Part shown: piece by piece, positions 49,097 through 61,904 of the stretch
How the letters are laid out: every line of letters begins with the position of its first letter
Position numbering within the stretch: the stretch's first letter is position 1
NCBI GenBank assembly: GCA_977017645.1
Contig: OZ360228.1
Coordinates: 54,436,001 to 54,500,000, forward strand
Direction of reading: 5' to 3'
Origin: Torpedo marmorata
Lineage: Eukaryota
DNA length: 64,000 bases
Notes under the pieces: generated by a model
What the model saw: only the letters and a program-made list of their open reading frames with translations
Told to the model about the DNA's origin: nothing
The model's database searches: none
Program-made: the position numbers and the translations under genes

Positions 49097-49920
49097 TTGA
49101 ACTCAAGATTGAAGATTGAAGATTCAATTTATTGTCATAGTAATAAGACAGTGTCATATTCTATGAAATCTCTTTTTGCCTGCTGCAAGGCAGACAGATT
49201 CGCCACCGGCAGAAATCGCCTAAGCGCCTCTAACATTCCTTACAGTCAGAGAAAGAGAAGCAAAAGAGAGTCACCCGAGAGTCACCAAGTGTCCATAGAT
49301 TCGCCTCCAGCACTTCCGCAGCCTCCGCAGCCACACAGAGTCCAGTCCAAACCATCGGCATCCTGAGCTCCAGATCCGAACCTCCAACACGGTCAGGTCG
49401 CCCTCGGCACCCCCTCGCATCCCGGTTCCGATAGCTGGTACTCCTCCAGCCAGTTTGAGCCAGCCTCCAGCAGTCCGCAGCCCGGCGTGAGTTCCCCGAC
49501 AGCAGTCTCCAGCAGCCCACAGCCCGGCGTGAGTTCCCCGACAACAGTCTCCAGCAGCCCACAGCCTCCGCGGGTTCCTCGCCTCGAGTCACCAGCAGCC
49601 CGCCACATGCACTGGTCCTTCAGCCTCAGAGCCTCACCGGTCCACTGCCGTGGTCACCGTCCCGTGGGTCGTCTCCTCCGCTTCTCCTTCTCAGACAGGG
49701 GTGATCTTCCCGTCCTCTGGTGCCAAGCTCCAGTCCTCCGCTTCCCCGGAATCTGCAGCCCCTCGTGGCTGCTGCCGATTAATAGGCGCTGCCATCTTGG
49801 GCGGACCCCGCGGTCGCGGGATCTCAAATAAAACCACCGTCGGCTCCCTCAAAGCCCATGCGGAACCGACGGCAGTCGTCTGGGCGGTGTGATAAAAGGC
49901 CGAACGCTTTTCCTGGACCA
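49097..49920 (-). mobile_element. Non-coding retroposon with Rex1-like 3' tail (copy 1)
   Basis: Highly similar to 61905-62545 in the opposite orientation. Tail atgacaataaattgaatcttcaatcttcaatc. Internal about 42-bp tandem duplication near 49465-49570. Confidence 0.75.
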
Positions 49921-50269
49921 GCCTCACTACCTAAATATACTAGGTCCCTGGGCCGATACTATCAATACATGCTATCAATACATTTATGTTGAGCAGGACA
50001 ACTGAATCAAGTGCTGCAGCCCTAATTTAACAACAAATTCATACTCAATCATAGAGCTTGTTAACTTGGGAATAAAAGGATTCCATTGTCGTGTCAGGTT
50101 TGCTGCTCTGACGTGATTCAGATCCTGCAGATGGTTAGCAGAAAGAGCAGACAAATGACATTTGGGGCAAAGCTTAAAGATACCATGCTGAAGTGTGTGC
50201 AGGGATAGAGGGTGCTTAAGTGCATGCGCATGGATCTTTGAGTGTGTAAGCTACCATATGGGAGCTCAT

Positions 50270-50400
50270 AAAACACACAATGCTGGAGAGATTCAGCAGG
50301 TCAAAAGTGTACTTTATGTAGCAAAGGTAAAGATATATAACCAACATTTTTGGTTTGAGCCCTTCATCAAGGTATGAAAAACTGTAGGCAGGCGCCTGAA
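50270..50400 (-). mobile_element. Penelope terminal-repeat fragment with decayed hammerhead-like core
   Basis: Minus strand: atacc-TTGATGA-AGGGCTCAAACC-AAAAATGTT-ggttat. Same subfamily as the 28.6 kb copy. Confidence 0.7.
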
Positions 50401-50419
50401 CAAAGAGATTGGGCTTTGT

Positions 50420-50940
50420 ACATTGAGGTACAGAGTTATGGCGAATCCTTAAGACACAACTTGAGTCTTGTCCACAGGTCTGGTCATCACATTTTAGCAA
50501 GGATGTAAAGATCCTGGAGAGCAATGTAATGGGAATATTTCCAAGGAAGTTATATTTTAGCAACGAAGTTTGGTTGGAAAAAGTGTGGTTGCTCTCTTGG
50601 ATCAAAGGAAATTGAGTGAAAGAGGTGACATTTACAGTAGGTCAAACAAAAAAAAAATCTGTCCCCATTAGCTGATGGTGCAGAACTAGGGGACACAGAT
50701 ATAAAGCTTCGGGTGATAGATGTGAGGAAGAACTTCCAATAAAATGAATGATATTAGCAAGGAACTTGCTGCCTATGAAAATAGTGGAAGTAAAAGGATT
50801 TTGGAGAGGCATTTGGGAGAAATTACCTTACAGAACTATGGGGATAGAGTAAGGTTCAGGAATAAGATTAACTGGAATGCTCAACAAAAAAAAACAGACA
50901 TAGACTCGATTATCCAAATGGCATTCTTCTCTGTGTCAGA
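50420..50940 (+). mobile_element. Degenerate CR1 3' fragment
   Basis: ggtcatcacattttagcaaggatgtaaagatcctggagag and later 3' UTR-like text. Confidence 0.55.
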
Positions 50941-51037
50941 TCACTTCAAAATCCAATCTGTATTCCTTCAGTGGTGGGAAAACTGCATGAGGAACAACTA
51001 TTTTTAATGATGTTTTTCTTCTTGGCAAAGACTTTAG

Positions 51038-51420
51038 CTAAACACAATTTGCTGGAGAAACTCAGTGGGTTGAGCAGCATTAGTGGGAAGAAAATAATAG
51101 TAGATGCTTTGAGCTGAAACTCTTCATCAAGACTGAGGAAAGTTAGTGCAGAAGCAAAGAGGGCAGGGTGGGAGGGGTGAGACAGGGGCCCCACATGGGA
51201 TTGCCGAACCAAGGCAGAGGTGGAAAATGATGGACAGAGGCAGAGGACTGGTAGTTGCCAGACAGAAAAGAGAGGGAAGATAAAAAATGGCTCAGGTGTT
51301 CAAATTGCCCACTCCAGCCTGTATGACTCATCTTTGTCCACCTGACCCCTTTGTTTTTCTCCCACTGATGCTACTTCCTCCTGCAGATTGTGTTTAGCTT
51401 CAGTTTCCAGCATCTCCTGT
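51038..51420. mobile_element. Penelope-derived element with inverted termini
   Basis: aaacacaatttgctggagaaactcag... and ...cagattgtgtttagc..ccagcatct arms. Decayed TTGATGA core on minus near 51105-51132. Confidence 0.65.
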
Positions 51421-52087
51421 GTGACTAAAAAAGACTTCATTTGCACTTTGGCCCTGTCATCTGCATTTTGGATCCAAATATACCAGGTACCCAGCTGAGG
51501 TAAATGGTGTGAAATGCCTGTTTGACCAAGGTGTAGGTTGGCAGGTAGGACATACCAATGAGAGGTGGTTAACACAATAGATACCAATGGATTAAGCCAG
51601 CAATGTTCATGATACAGGTGTACTGATAAGAAATTTAACTTACTTTCACCACACCAATCCAAATGACATAATTTTCTGATCACCATGAATTTTTCAGACC
51701 ATGCTCTTGTGTAAATTATGCAAGGATCTCAAACATTATTCAAGCAGATTAAATGAGAGATAAAAGTCATATTTTCTCAGTCTTTTGATAAAGGATCTGC
51801 CAATAAGTTTGTAAGCACATATATATCATGGTATTTACTGTGGAGGCATGACTTATGATTTCAACATTTGTTTTCTCAGAGATGTGCTGAGTGTTTCCTG
51901 GTGTCATTGTGCTTATTATCACTGTATTTTTAATGTGTTTTCTTTCTCTTTATTTTGTGTCATTTGTATTTTTACTGTTTTCTCCATCAGAATATTGATA
52001 GAGATAAAACTTCTGTAGCTGTGAATGAAAATCAGATGGTGGATACTTTCCTTCTATTCCTCTTGCCTTCAAAGTTTGCCAAGGAAC

Positions 52088-52420
52088 AGTAATGAGTAAT
52101 GAGAGTTTATTATCATTTACAGAAGTACAATGTACAGATACACCAACATTTTAACTTACTGCAGTCAAACAGGTAACTAAAATAGTATACATTAAATTAC
52201 CACAATATGCTGATAAAAAAAGAAACGAGACAATAAATATAAAAGGATAGATAAATATTCACAGTTGCAGTTAATGCAAGAAAAAAAGTTGACATTCAAA
52301 AGTTCAGATAGATCTTTTGACCGCCTGGGTCAAGCTTATGGTTAGGGCTGGGTTAGTATTGGGAGGTTCAAGAGCATGATAGCTGTTAGATAAAAACTGT
52401 TCTTGTACCCAGAGGTTCCA
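52088..52420 (-). mobile_element. 3' remnant of a Rex1/Babar-like LINE
   Basis: Minus strand encodes ..NSFYLTAIMLLN (compare SFFPAAIRFLN of the adjacent element), then aataaa and a short-repeat tail. Confidence 0.55.
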
Positions 52421-52435
52421 GATGGAGTTTTCAAT

Positions 52436-54723
52436 CAGGAGACTTCAATCAGGCCAACCTGAAGAAGTCACTGACAAACTACCACCAACACATCACTTGC
52501 GAGACCAGGGGAACCAACACACTCGACCACTGCTACACCACCGTGAAGAACGCATACCGAGCCATACCACGAACGCACTTCGGCAAGTCTGATCACCTGG
52601 CTGTACTTCTACTCCCGGCGTACAAGCAGAGACTAAAGTCCACAGCAACAGTGGAGAGGACAGCGAAAGTGTGGTCAAGGGAGGCGGAGGAGCGTCTGCA
52701 GGACTGCTTTGACTCGGTGGACTGGAACATATTCAAGCACTCAGCCATAGACATAAATGAATATGCAACAGGTGTCACCGACTTCATCAAGACCTGCGTG
52801 GATGAGTGTGTGCCCACGCGCAAATACCGGGTGTTCCCAACCAGAAGCCCTGGATGAATCAAAGAATTCGCAACCTGCTGAGGACGAGAACAAGGGCGTT
52901 TAAAGACGGGGACCGGGATCTTTACAAAAAGTCCAGGCACGACCTGCGGAAGGCCATCTCTGAAGGAAAGTGGCAATTCCGAAGGAAGCTAGAGACAGAG
53001 ACAGATACACGCCAGCTATGGCAGGGAGTGCAGGCCATTACAGCCTACAAAACGAGGGCGAACACTATAGACGGCTGTGATGCTTCACTACCCGATGAGC
53101 TGAACACCTTCTATGCCCGCTTTGAGAAGAAGAACAAAACAGTGCCTAATAGAATCCCTGAGAGGGCAGAGGACCCTGTGATATCTGTCTCTGAGGGCGA
53201 CGTCAGAACATCATTCAAGAGGGTGAACCCTCGCAAGGCGTCAGGCCCTGACGGCGTACCTGGCAGGGTATTGAAAATCTGCGCCAACCAACTAGCCGGA
53301 GTGTTCACGGACATTTTCAACCTCTCATTGCGGCAGTCAGAGGTTCCCACCTGCTTCAAAAGGGCATCAATCATCCCGGTGCCCAAGAAGAGTAGTGTGA
53401 GCTGCCTCAACGACTATCGCCCAGTAGCACTAACTTCTACTGTGATGAAATGCTTTGAGAGGCTGGTCATGGCCAGAATTAACACATACCTAAGCAAAGA
53501 TCTGGACCCACTGCAATTCGCCTATCGTCACAATCGCTCCACAGCAGATGCAATATCGCTGGCTCTCCACTCAGCTCTGGATCACCTCGAAAACAGCAAT
53601 TCATACATACGGCTGCTCTTCATAGACTACAGCTCGGCCTTCAATACCATTATTCCCTCAGTGCTGGTCAAGAAGCTACAAACTCTAGGCCTCTGTACCC
53701 CACTCTGCAACTGGATCCTTGACTTTCTCATCGGAAGACCACAGTCAGTACGAATTGGAAACAACGTCTCCTCCTCACTGATTATCAACACAGGCGCACC
53801 CCAAGGATGCATGCTTAGTCCACTGCTCTACTCGTTATACACTCATGACTGTGTGGCCGGGCACAATTCCAATGCCATATACAAGTTTGCCGATGACACC
53901 ACAGTTGTTGGCAGAATCACAAACGCCAATGAGGAAGCGTACAGGAGGGAGATAGATCAGCTCATTGAATGGTGTAATGACAACAACCTCGAGCTCAACG
54001 TCAGCAAAACCAAGGAGATGATTGTGGACTTCAGGAGGAAGTCAGGGGAACACAACCCAGTCCTCATCGAGGGCTCAGTCGTGGAGAGGGTCAAGAACTT
54101 CAAATTCCTGGGTGTCAACATCTCCGAGGATCTGTCCTGGAGCATCCACGTGGATGCAATCACAAAGAAGGCTCGTCAGCGGCTATACTTTGTGAGGCGA
54201 TTGCGGAGATTCGGTATGTCGCCAAAGACTCTCGTGAACTTCTACAGGTGTACCGTGGAGAGCATTCTAGCTGGTTGCATCACTGCCTGGTATGGTGGTT
54301 CCAACTCCCAGGACAAGAGCAAACTCCAGAAGGTTGTTACCTCGGCCTGTGACATAACGGGCACCAAACTTTACTCCATCGAGGAAATCTACATGAGGCG
54401 ATGTCTTAATAAAGCAGCCTCTATCCTCAAGGACCCCCACCACCCAGGCCATGCCCTCTTCACGCTGCTTCCATCGGGGAAAAGGTACAGGAGCCTAAAG
54501 ACGAGCACTCAACGGCACAAGGTCAGCTTCTTCCCCGCTGCCATCAGATTCCTGAACAATCAATGAACCAAAGACACTAGTGCACTATTGTTTATAATTT
54601 TTTATATAGTAATGTCGTTAGAATGGTTAATATGAATGTTAATTGCACTATGATGCTGCCGCAAAGCACCGAATTTCATGACTTGTTCATGACAATAAAT
54701 TCTGATTCTGATTCTGATTCTGA
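52436..54723 (+). mobile_element. Rex1/Babar-clade LINE, 5'-truncated, RT region open
   Basis: GDFNQANL and GKSDHLAVLL (APE end), frameshift near 52840, then an open frame to 54566 with LNDYRPVALT, FIDYSSAFNT, GAPQGC.LSP, KFADDT, FKFLGV, SFFPAAIRFLN. Tail aataaa(ttctga)4. Confidence 0.9.
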
Positions 54724-55461
54724 AGATCTTGAGCCTAGATGTTCAACAAGTGGAGCTGAGAGGAAATCCAAAAATCACGAATTGGTGGGATATACTGCAG
54801 GCCCTGATTCCTGAAGCTCCACCTGTATAGGAAGTCAGAACTACCAGGAATTGTCAGATATCAACAATTGTTCTCTGGCTCCATGAGATATAGTTAATTG
54901 ATCTTTAACATATAGGCTTAGGACACATCTTTGCCCCATAATCTCTAAAGCCTCTCCCTCTATGGTCATAGGCTTTGAAATGCAAGAATTAATTCTTCTG
55001 ATTGCTTCTCAGGCATTCACTTTCACAGCCCTCTTTGTGTACATTGCACTTTCTTCTATTATGGACACCCTTTCTTTGCAAGTAGATGCAAGCAGTTAAA
55101 ATGTAAGAAGTTGGAAAAGCACAGTCAATGAAATCTGAATACCAAGTTGATTGGCTCATTTTGGTCCCAGATATTGGGAGGATAAATACAAGATATGTCC
55201 ACTTCCCATATCTACAAATTATAATTGCTGTCAAATTTCCTCCTCATTCACTTCCATAACCTGTGAATATAACAGCATGGTATTCAACGTTCCCTCTTCC
55301 AAACTCAGTTAGGACTACAAAGTGCAATGGAACATATTACTGTACTGAATGCTTCCTTGTAATTCTTCTTTTGCGGTACTCGTAAGTATGTGCTAAATGC
55401 AGTGTCTACAAAAAGTACATCTGTATTTTGACACTTTTGGATTATTAACCATCCCAAGTAG

Positions 55462-58400
55462 TAGAACATAGAACAATACAGCACAGTACAGGCCCTTTGG
55501 ACCTCGATGTTGTGCCGACCCATATATTCCTTCTTAAAAAAAAAAGTACCAAAACCTCCCTACCCCATAACTCTCTATTTTTATTTCATCCATGTGTCTG
55601 TCTAAGAGTCTCTTAAATGCCCCCAATGTTTCAGCCCCCACCACCATCCCCGGCAAGGCATTCCAGGCACCCACAACTCTCTGTGTAAAAAAACTTACCC
55701 CTGATGTCTCCACTAAACTTCCTTCCCTTAACTTTGTACATATGTCCTCTGGTGTTTGCTGATCCTGCCCTGGGAAACAGGTGCTGGCTGTTCACCCTAT
55801 CTATGCCTCTCATAATCTTGTAGACCTCTATCAAGTCTCCTCTCATCCTTCTACGCTCCAAAGAGAAAAGTCCCAGCTCTGCTAACCTTACCTCATAAGA
55901 CTTGTTTCCCAATCCAGGCAACATCCTGGTAAATCTCCTCTGCATCCTCTCCATAGCTTCCACATCCTTCCTATAATGAGGTGACCAGAACTGAACACAA
56001 TACTCTAAGTGTGGTCTTACCAGAGATTTATAGAGTTGCAACATGACCTCTCTACTCTTGAATTCAATCCCCCTATTAATGAATCCCAGCATCCCATAGG
56101 CCTTCTTAACTATCCTATCAACCTGTGTGGTGACCTTGAGGGATGTATGGATTTGAACCACAAGGTCCCTCTGTTCATCTACACTCTTAAGTAACTGACC
56201 ATTAACCCTGTTCTCAGCCTTCTGGTTTGTCCTTCCAAAATGCATCACCTCACACTTATCCGGATTGAAATCCATCTGCCACTTTTCAATATCCTCTTGT
56301 AACCTTCGACAACCTTCAGCTCCATCCACAACTCCTCCAACCTTCGTGTCATCCGCAAACTTACTGACCCATCCTTCCGCCTCCTCATCCAGATCATTTA
56401 TAAAAATCACAAAGAGCAGGGGTCCCAGAACAGATCCTTGCGGCACTCCACTAGTCACCGACCTCCAGGCAGAATACTTTCCTTCCACTACTACTCTCTG
56501 TTTTCTTCCTACAAGCCAATTTTTTATCCACACAGCCAAGGTTCCACTGATCCTGTGCCTCATGACTTTCTGGATGAGCCTCTCGTGGGGGACCTTGTCA
56601 AATGTCTTGCTAAAATCCACGTAGACCACATCTACTGCCCTACCCTCATCAATTTCTTTTGTTACCTCATCAAAAAATTCAATTAAACTCCTGAGGCACG
56701 ACCTTCCCTTCACAAAGCCATGCTGACTATTCTTGAGTAGACTCTACTTCTCCAAATGCTCATAGATCCTATCCTTAAGAATCCTCTCCATTAGTTTGCA
56801 CACCACTGACATAAGACTCACTGGTCTATAATTCCCGGGATTCTCCCTACTACCTTTTTTAAACAAGGGGACTACATTTGCCATTCTCCAATCCTCCGGC
56901 ACCTCCCCTGCGGATAAAGAGGATTCAAAGATCATAGCTACTGCCCCAGCTATCTCTTCTCTCACTTCCCACAGCAGCCTGGGGTATATCGCATCCAGCC
57001 CCGGGGACTTATCAATCTTGATGCTTTTAAGAAGATCCAACATTTCCTCTTCCTTAATCTCCACATTGTCCAGCACAAAGGCCTGTTCAATTTCGACCTC
57101 GCCCTGATCAAGTTCCTTTTCTCTGGTGAATACTGACGCAAAGTATTCATTTAGGACCTCCCCAACCTCCTCTGCCTCCAAGCACATGCTGACTCCTTTA
57201 TCCTTTAGCGGCCCCACCTTCATTCTCGTCATCCTTCTGTTCTTCACATACGCATAGAACGCCTTGGGGTTCTCCTTAATTCTACATGCCAAGGCCTTCT
57301 CATGCCCCCTTTGAGCTCTCCTAAGTCCTTTTTTTAAGCTCCTTCCTGGCTACCATATACTTCTCATGAGCCCTTCCTGTTTCCTGCTTCTTATATCTAA
57401 TGTATGTTTCCTTCTTCCTCTTGACTAGCGACCTGACCTGCTTTGTCAGCCACGGTTCCCTTTTCCTACCAAATTTTCCTTGTCCCATTGGGACAATCCT
57501 ATCTTTCTTTTCTTTTTAAAATATTTTTATTGTTTCAACAATAAACATGTATACAGAGTAACAGAATTAAGAAAAACATTCAAAAAATCAGCTGGTATTC
57601 ATACATGTATATATATAAAAAAATACTAAGTAAATTGTCGTAACTAAATTCTGAATATAGGTTAAAACTCTAGTTCCGTATAATTATCTTTAAAAAAACC
57701 AATTGAAAATAAAATAAAAAGAAAGAAAAAAAAGACAAAAAAACACTAATAACTAATCTATTCTAACCCCTCCCTCTAAGCAAGGTTACCTTAATGTTGG
57801 AAAAAGGAAGGAAAAGAACAAAAAAAAAGGTATGGATCCTGTAGCGTCCTCGGGATAGTCAGTTTTGTTAATTCTTCCAATCATGATAGTATTCAATGAA
57901 TGGCCCCCAGATCTTCAAACATTGAAACTTGTATATATAATAATTTATTGGAAATCAGAGTAGCTTCTATGACAGGGATCAAGAATGAATGGGAACGTGA
58001 TTTGAATGTTACATTTTCAGATCAAGATTGGTATAATGCTTTTGACCTAATTAACGCCTCATCTTTTTGTGCAAGGCACTGTTTATTACAATTTAAAGTG
58101 GTGCATAGAATTCATATGTCTAAACTTAAACTATCACGTTTTTACACTGACATAGATCCATTGTGTGAGAGGTGTAACATTTTTGAAGCTTCACTGATAC
58201 ATGTTTTGGGAATGCCCCAATTTTGAGAGATTTTGGAAGGATATTTTAAAATCTTTATCATTGATTTTTAAGATTAATATTGAACCATGTCCTATAATTG
58301 CTCTGTTTGGTTTTTCACGTGAACTTAACATACCTTTGTCTGCATCACAGGAAAAAGTTTTAGCTTTTTCTACATTGATTGCCTGACGAGCAATTTTATT

Positions 58401-59440
58401 GAAATGGAAAGATGAGTTGTCACCGACACATAGACAGTGGTTACTAGATGTAATGTCCTATCTGAGTTTGGAGAAAATTAGATATAATATTAAAGGACAA
58501 ACCTATCTTGAACCCTGCACAGTTGGTCCCTAAACTTCCTCCACATTACTTCTGTGCTTTCACCCTTAAACATCTGTTTCCAATTTACTCTTGCTAGTTC
58601 CTCCCTCATCCCTTCATAATTAGCCCTTCCCCAGTTAAGCACTTTCCTAGTTTGACTGTTTTTATCCTTTTCCATAGCTATGTTGAAGCTAAGAGAGTTG
58701 TGGTCACTCTCACCAAAATGCTCCCCCACCAAGAGGTCCGCCACTTGACCAGGTTCATTCCCCAGAACCAGATCCAGTATGTCCTCTCCTCTAGTCGGCC
58801 GGTCCACATACTGTGTCAGGAATCCTTCTTGTACACACCTGACAAATTCAGCCCCATCCATCCCTCTTGCAGTCAGTAGGTGCCAGTCAATATTAGGGAA
58901 GTTGAAATCACCCATAACTACAACCATGTATTTCATGCACCATTCCAAAATCTGCCTGCTTATCTGCTCCTCGGTGTCCCGAGGGCTATTTGGGGGCCTA
59001 TAGACTACTCCCAGCACAGGGATAGCTCCCTTACTGTTTCTGACTTCCACCCACACCGACTCAGTGGACACTCCCTCTGCAGCCTCCTCCCTTTCTATGC
59101 CGTGATACTATCCCTGACCAGTAAAGCTACTCCCACCCCTTTTCTACCTCTCATCCTATTCTTTTTAAAACATCAGCCAATCTTGCCCTTCCTCCAGCCA
59201 AGTTTCAGAAAACGGCCACAACATCGTAGTTCCACATACTGATTCGTGCTCTGTTCATCCCTTTTATTCCTAATACTAGCGTTGAAATAGACACATTTCA
59301 AACCCTCTAACTGGCTACCTTTATGTTTTGTCCCCTGCCTGTCCTTCCTCACCAACTCAGAGCACCCTAATCCTAATCCTAGTCTTTCTGAATATTGCAA
59401 ACCATTTCCCAGTAAACACCAGTAGTTTGCTGTTCTATTG
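55462..59440 (-). mobile_element. CR1 LINE (nearly full ORF2) interrupted by an L1
   Basis: ORFs 58490-59071 (APE), 56744-57292 and 55631-56713 (RT: PQGSVLGP, KFADDTK, HLEYCVQFWSP). Tail tgttctatgttcta at about 55462. Confidence 0.95.
57491..58509 (-). mobile_element. 5'-inverted (twin-primed) L1 3' fragment with 15-bp TSD, nested in CR1
   Basis: TSD ggacaatcctatctt (57491-57505) / ggacaaacctatctt (58495-58509). Tail, 3' UTR and last codons on minus to about 57928. Upstream ORF2 part on plus, about 57930-58494. Confidence 0.92.
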
Positions 59441-59477
59441 GATCCTCCTTTCTAAACATTGAGTTTAATTCTAAGTG

Positions 59478-59613
59478 AAACAAGAAAATCTGCAGACGCT
59501 GTGATTGTAGTAAATACACAAAAGTGCTGGAGAAACTCAACAGGTCCCACGGCATCCATAGGAGGCAAAGATATATAACCAAAGTTTCGGGCCTAAGCCC
59601 TTCGTCAAGGTAT
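59478..59613 (-). mobile_element. Penelope terminal-repeat fragment with hammerhead-like core
   Basis: Minus strand: atacc-TTGACGA-A-GGGC-TTAG-GCCC-GAAAC-TTT-ggttat. Confidence 0.72.
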
Positions 59614-59877
59614 CTACAAAGCTGCTGAGCTAAATCAGCAAACTTGTCCTCTTAATTTTAGGAAAATATTTCAATTTCAAATAGAAAAGCTTCACAATGG
59701 AAATTTTGTAAGCACTGTACAATATTTCCCCTGACTGCAGCAATTGTGACTGCTTTCAACATAAACAAACAATAGACACTTGTATTCAATATAAAGGATA
59801 TGAAGATCTTTTGTACCAATGATATGTTCCAGTTATTAGATTTGATTGGAAACACTGGAATTATGTTGGAGCAAAGA

Positions 59878-60472
59878 TTTTTTTTTTGGAATATTTTATT
59901 TTAAATTTTAAATTTTCACATAGTAATACATACATGAATAATATACATTGTTAACTTCAGAAAAAATCTTTTATAATTATATTGTATTACATAATGTATC
60001 TACCCCTTCCCTTAACCCCCCCAAACCCTTATAAACATTTTTCAAACATTTCAAATTAAAATTATTACTTATTATTTCTAATCCCACCCTCCACCCATTC
60101 CCTCCCCTTAAATTCCCTCCCCTTCCTAAAAACTAAAAAAGAAAGTAATATAATATTACTTATAAAAGACATCTATATGGATCGCCTGGGCATTCACAGT
60201 TCGACGCAAGGTTTTCAACAGTATTTTTATTATTTAAGTTTGAGAGAGTCAGCAGGGCCTAGGATATGGAATAACACATTTACATATTTATATCTAATGT
60301 CTGGATATATGGATGCCAAATTTGCAAAAATACCCCGTATTTATTCTCATATTATATGTTATTTTTTCCAATGGAATACAACTCTGCATCTCTGTATTCC
60401 ATCTTTCCATACCTAAATTTGTATCTGATTTCCAAGTTACTGCTATACACTTCCTCGCTACCGCTAAAGCAA
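59878..60472 (-). mobile_element. L1 3' end (different subfamily) with poly(A), inserted in an old CR1
   Basis: LALAVARKCIAVTWKS..IPLEKITYN (ORF2 C-terminus). T-run at 59878-59887. Confidence 0.82.
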
Positions 60473-61060
60473 GAAGATTGAGGGGAGATGTGATAGACAT
60501 ATACAAGCTTATGATGGGTTCAGAAGGGATAAATAATGAGAAACTATTCCAAATACCAAGCACAAAAGGGCAAAGAGTGAAGACAAGGGGCAAAAGATAT
60601 ATGAGGATTTTGAGGTCAAACATTATTAACAGTAGCCAGTAATGATTTGGAACCTATTGTCTGTCAGTGTGCAGTCAATCAGGGCACTTGAAGAAAAATA
60701 ATTTGCAGGAGAAATTAGGAGAAATTTATTCAGCCAGAGGATGAAAAATCTGGAATTCGTTGTCACAGACGGGTGTGGAAGCTAAGTCATTGAGTATATT
60801 TAAAGCGGAGATTGATAGGTTCTTGATCAGTAAGTGCATCAAAGGTTGTGTGGAGAAGGTAGGACAATAGAGGAAAAATATATCAGCCACAATTCAAATA
60901 GCAGAGCAGACACAATGTGCTGAATAGTTTAATTTGGATCCTACTTCTAAGTCTTATGGTCTTATGGATTACAAGAAAAAAGTGGAGAAATGGGATCTGC
61001 CAAGAGCCTACATAAACTGTTTGAAGTGAATGGTTTCCCTCTGTGTGCAAGTATTCCATG
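60473..61060 (+). mobile_element. CR1 3' remnants
   Basis: RRLRGDVIDIYKLM..; 3' UTR ending gtcttatggtcttatgg. Confidence 0.7.
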
Positions 61061-61439
61061 ATTCCATTTATCTTGATGATAGCATAGTCATAGTGAACTT
61101 TAAGTGAGGAGAATCAATGATTCCATTTGTATCACAAGAATACTGCCTTGTGTAAGTACAAAGAGAGCAGGCGCGCATTTCATAATCATTTACGTAGGAA
61201 TATTCCTTTGTGGGTTAGGATGAAGTCCTGCAGTAATTCTTCAAGTTCCATAAAATATTAATAATCAATGTCTGGAGACTCAGATGTATGTGCTAGATTT
61301 GTGTTCTTCTTTAATTACTGCAATGGTTGATGGTTTTTAGCCAGCCAGATATCAATACAATTTGTTCACCAGCAGTATTCTTGCATGAGAAAGAAAAGTA
61401 CAACATGTTTGTATGAACTACAGACTAAGGCCAAACATC

Positions 61440-61800
61440 AATAAATAAACTGCAGGTGCTGGAAATCTGAAATAAAACCAGAAAAAGCTCAAAATACTTA
61501 ATAGGTTGGTCAGCATCGGTGGAAAGAGAAACAGAGTTAATGTTTCAGATTGAAGAACGTTTGTATATTGAGTACGGAGAGCTGCTTTGTGCCCAGAGGA
61601 AGACGGTGTGCAGTTCCTCAAGCTTACATTGAGCCTCACTATAACAGTGCAAGATGCCATATGCAGATAGGGCTGAGTGGGAGTGGGAAGGAGAATTGAA
61701 GTGCCAGGTAATAGGGAGCTCTAATTCACCCTGCACACTGAATACAGGTGCTCCAAATGCAATCTCCCAATCTGCATTTATTTCTTGTACAATGTATGGC
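61440..61800 (-). mobile_element. Penelope GIY-YIG endonuclease 3' fragment plus terminal repeat
   Basis: ELPITWHFNSPSHSHSALSAYGILHCYSEAQCKLEELHTVF is typical of the Penelope endonuclease C-terminus. It is joined to the same terminal repeat seen in the short elements. Confidence 0.82.
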
Positions 61801-61904
61801 AAAACAGAGTAAGCTGACACACTCTGTCTGTCTCTCTCTCTCTCTGTCTCTGTCTTTCTCCCTCTCTTAATGATTTACGCAAGAAACAATTTAAATTGAT
61901 TCAT

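Noticed and set aside
49230-49927. Repetitive ORFs (GCWRLLSGNSRRA x2-3)
   Set aside because: Translation of a 42-bp tandem duplication inside a non-coding repeat; not preserved in the second copy.
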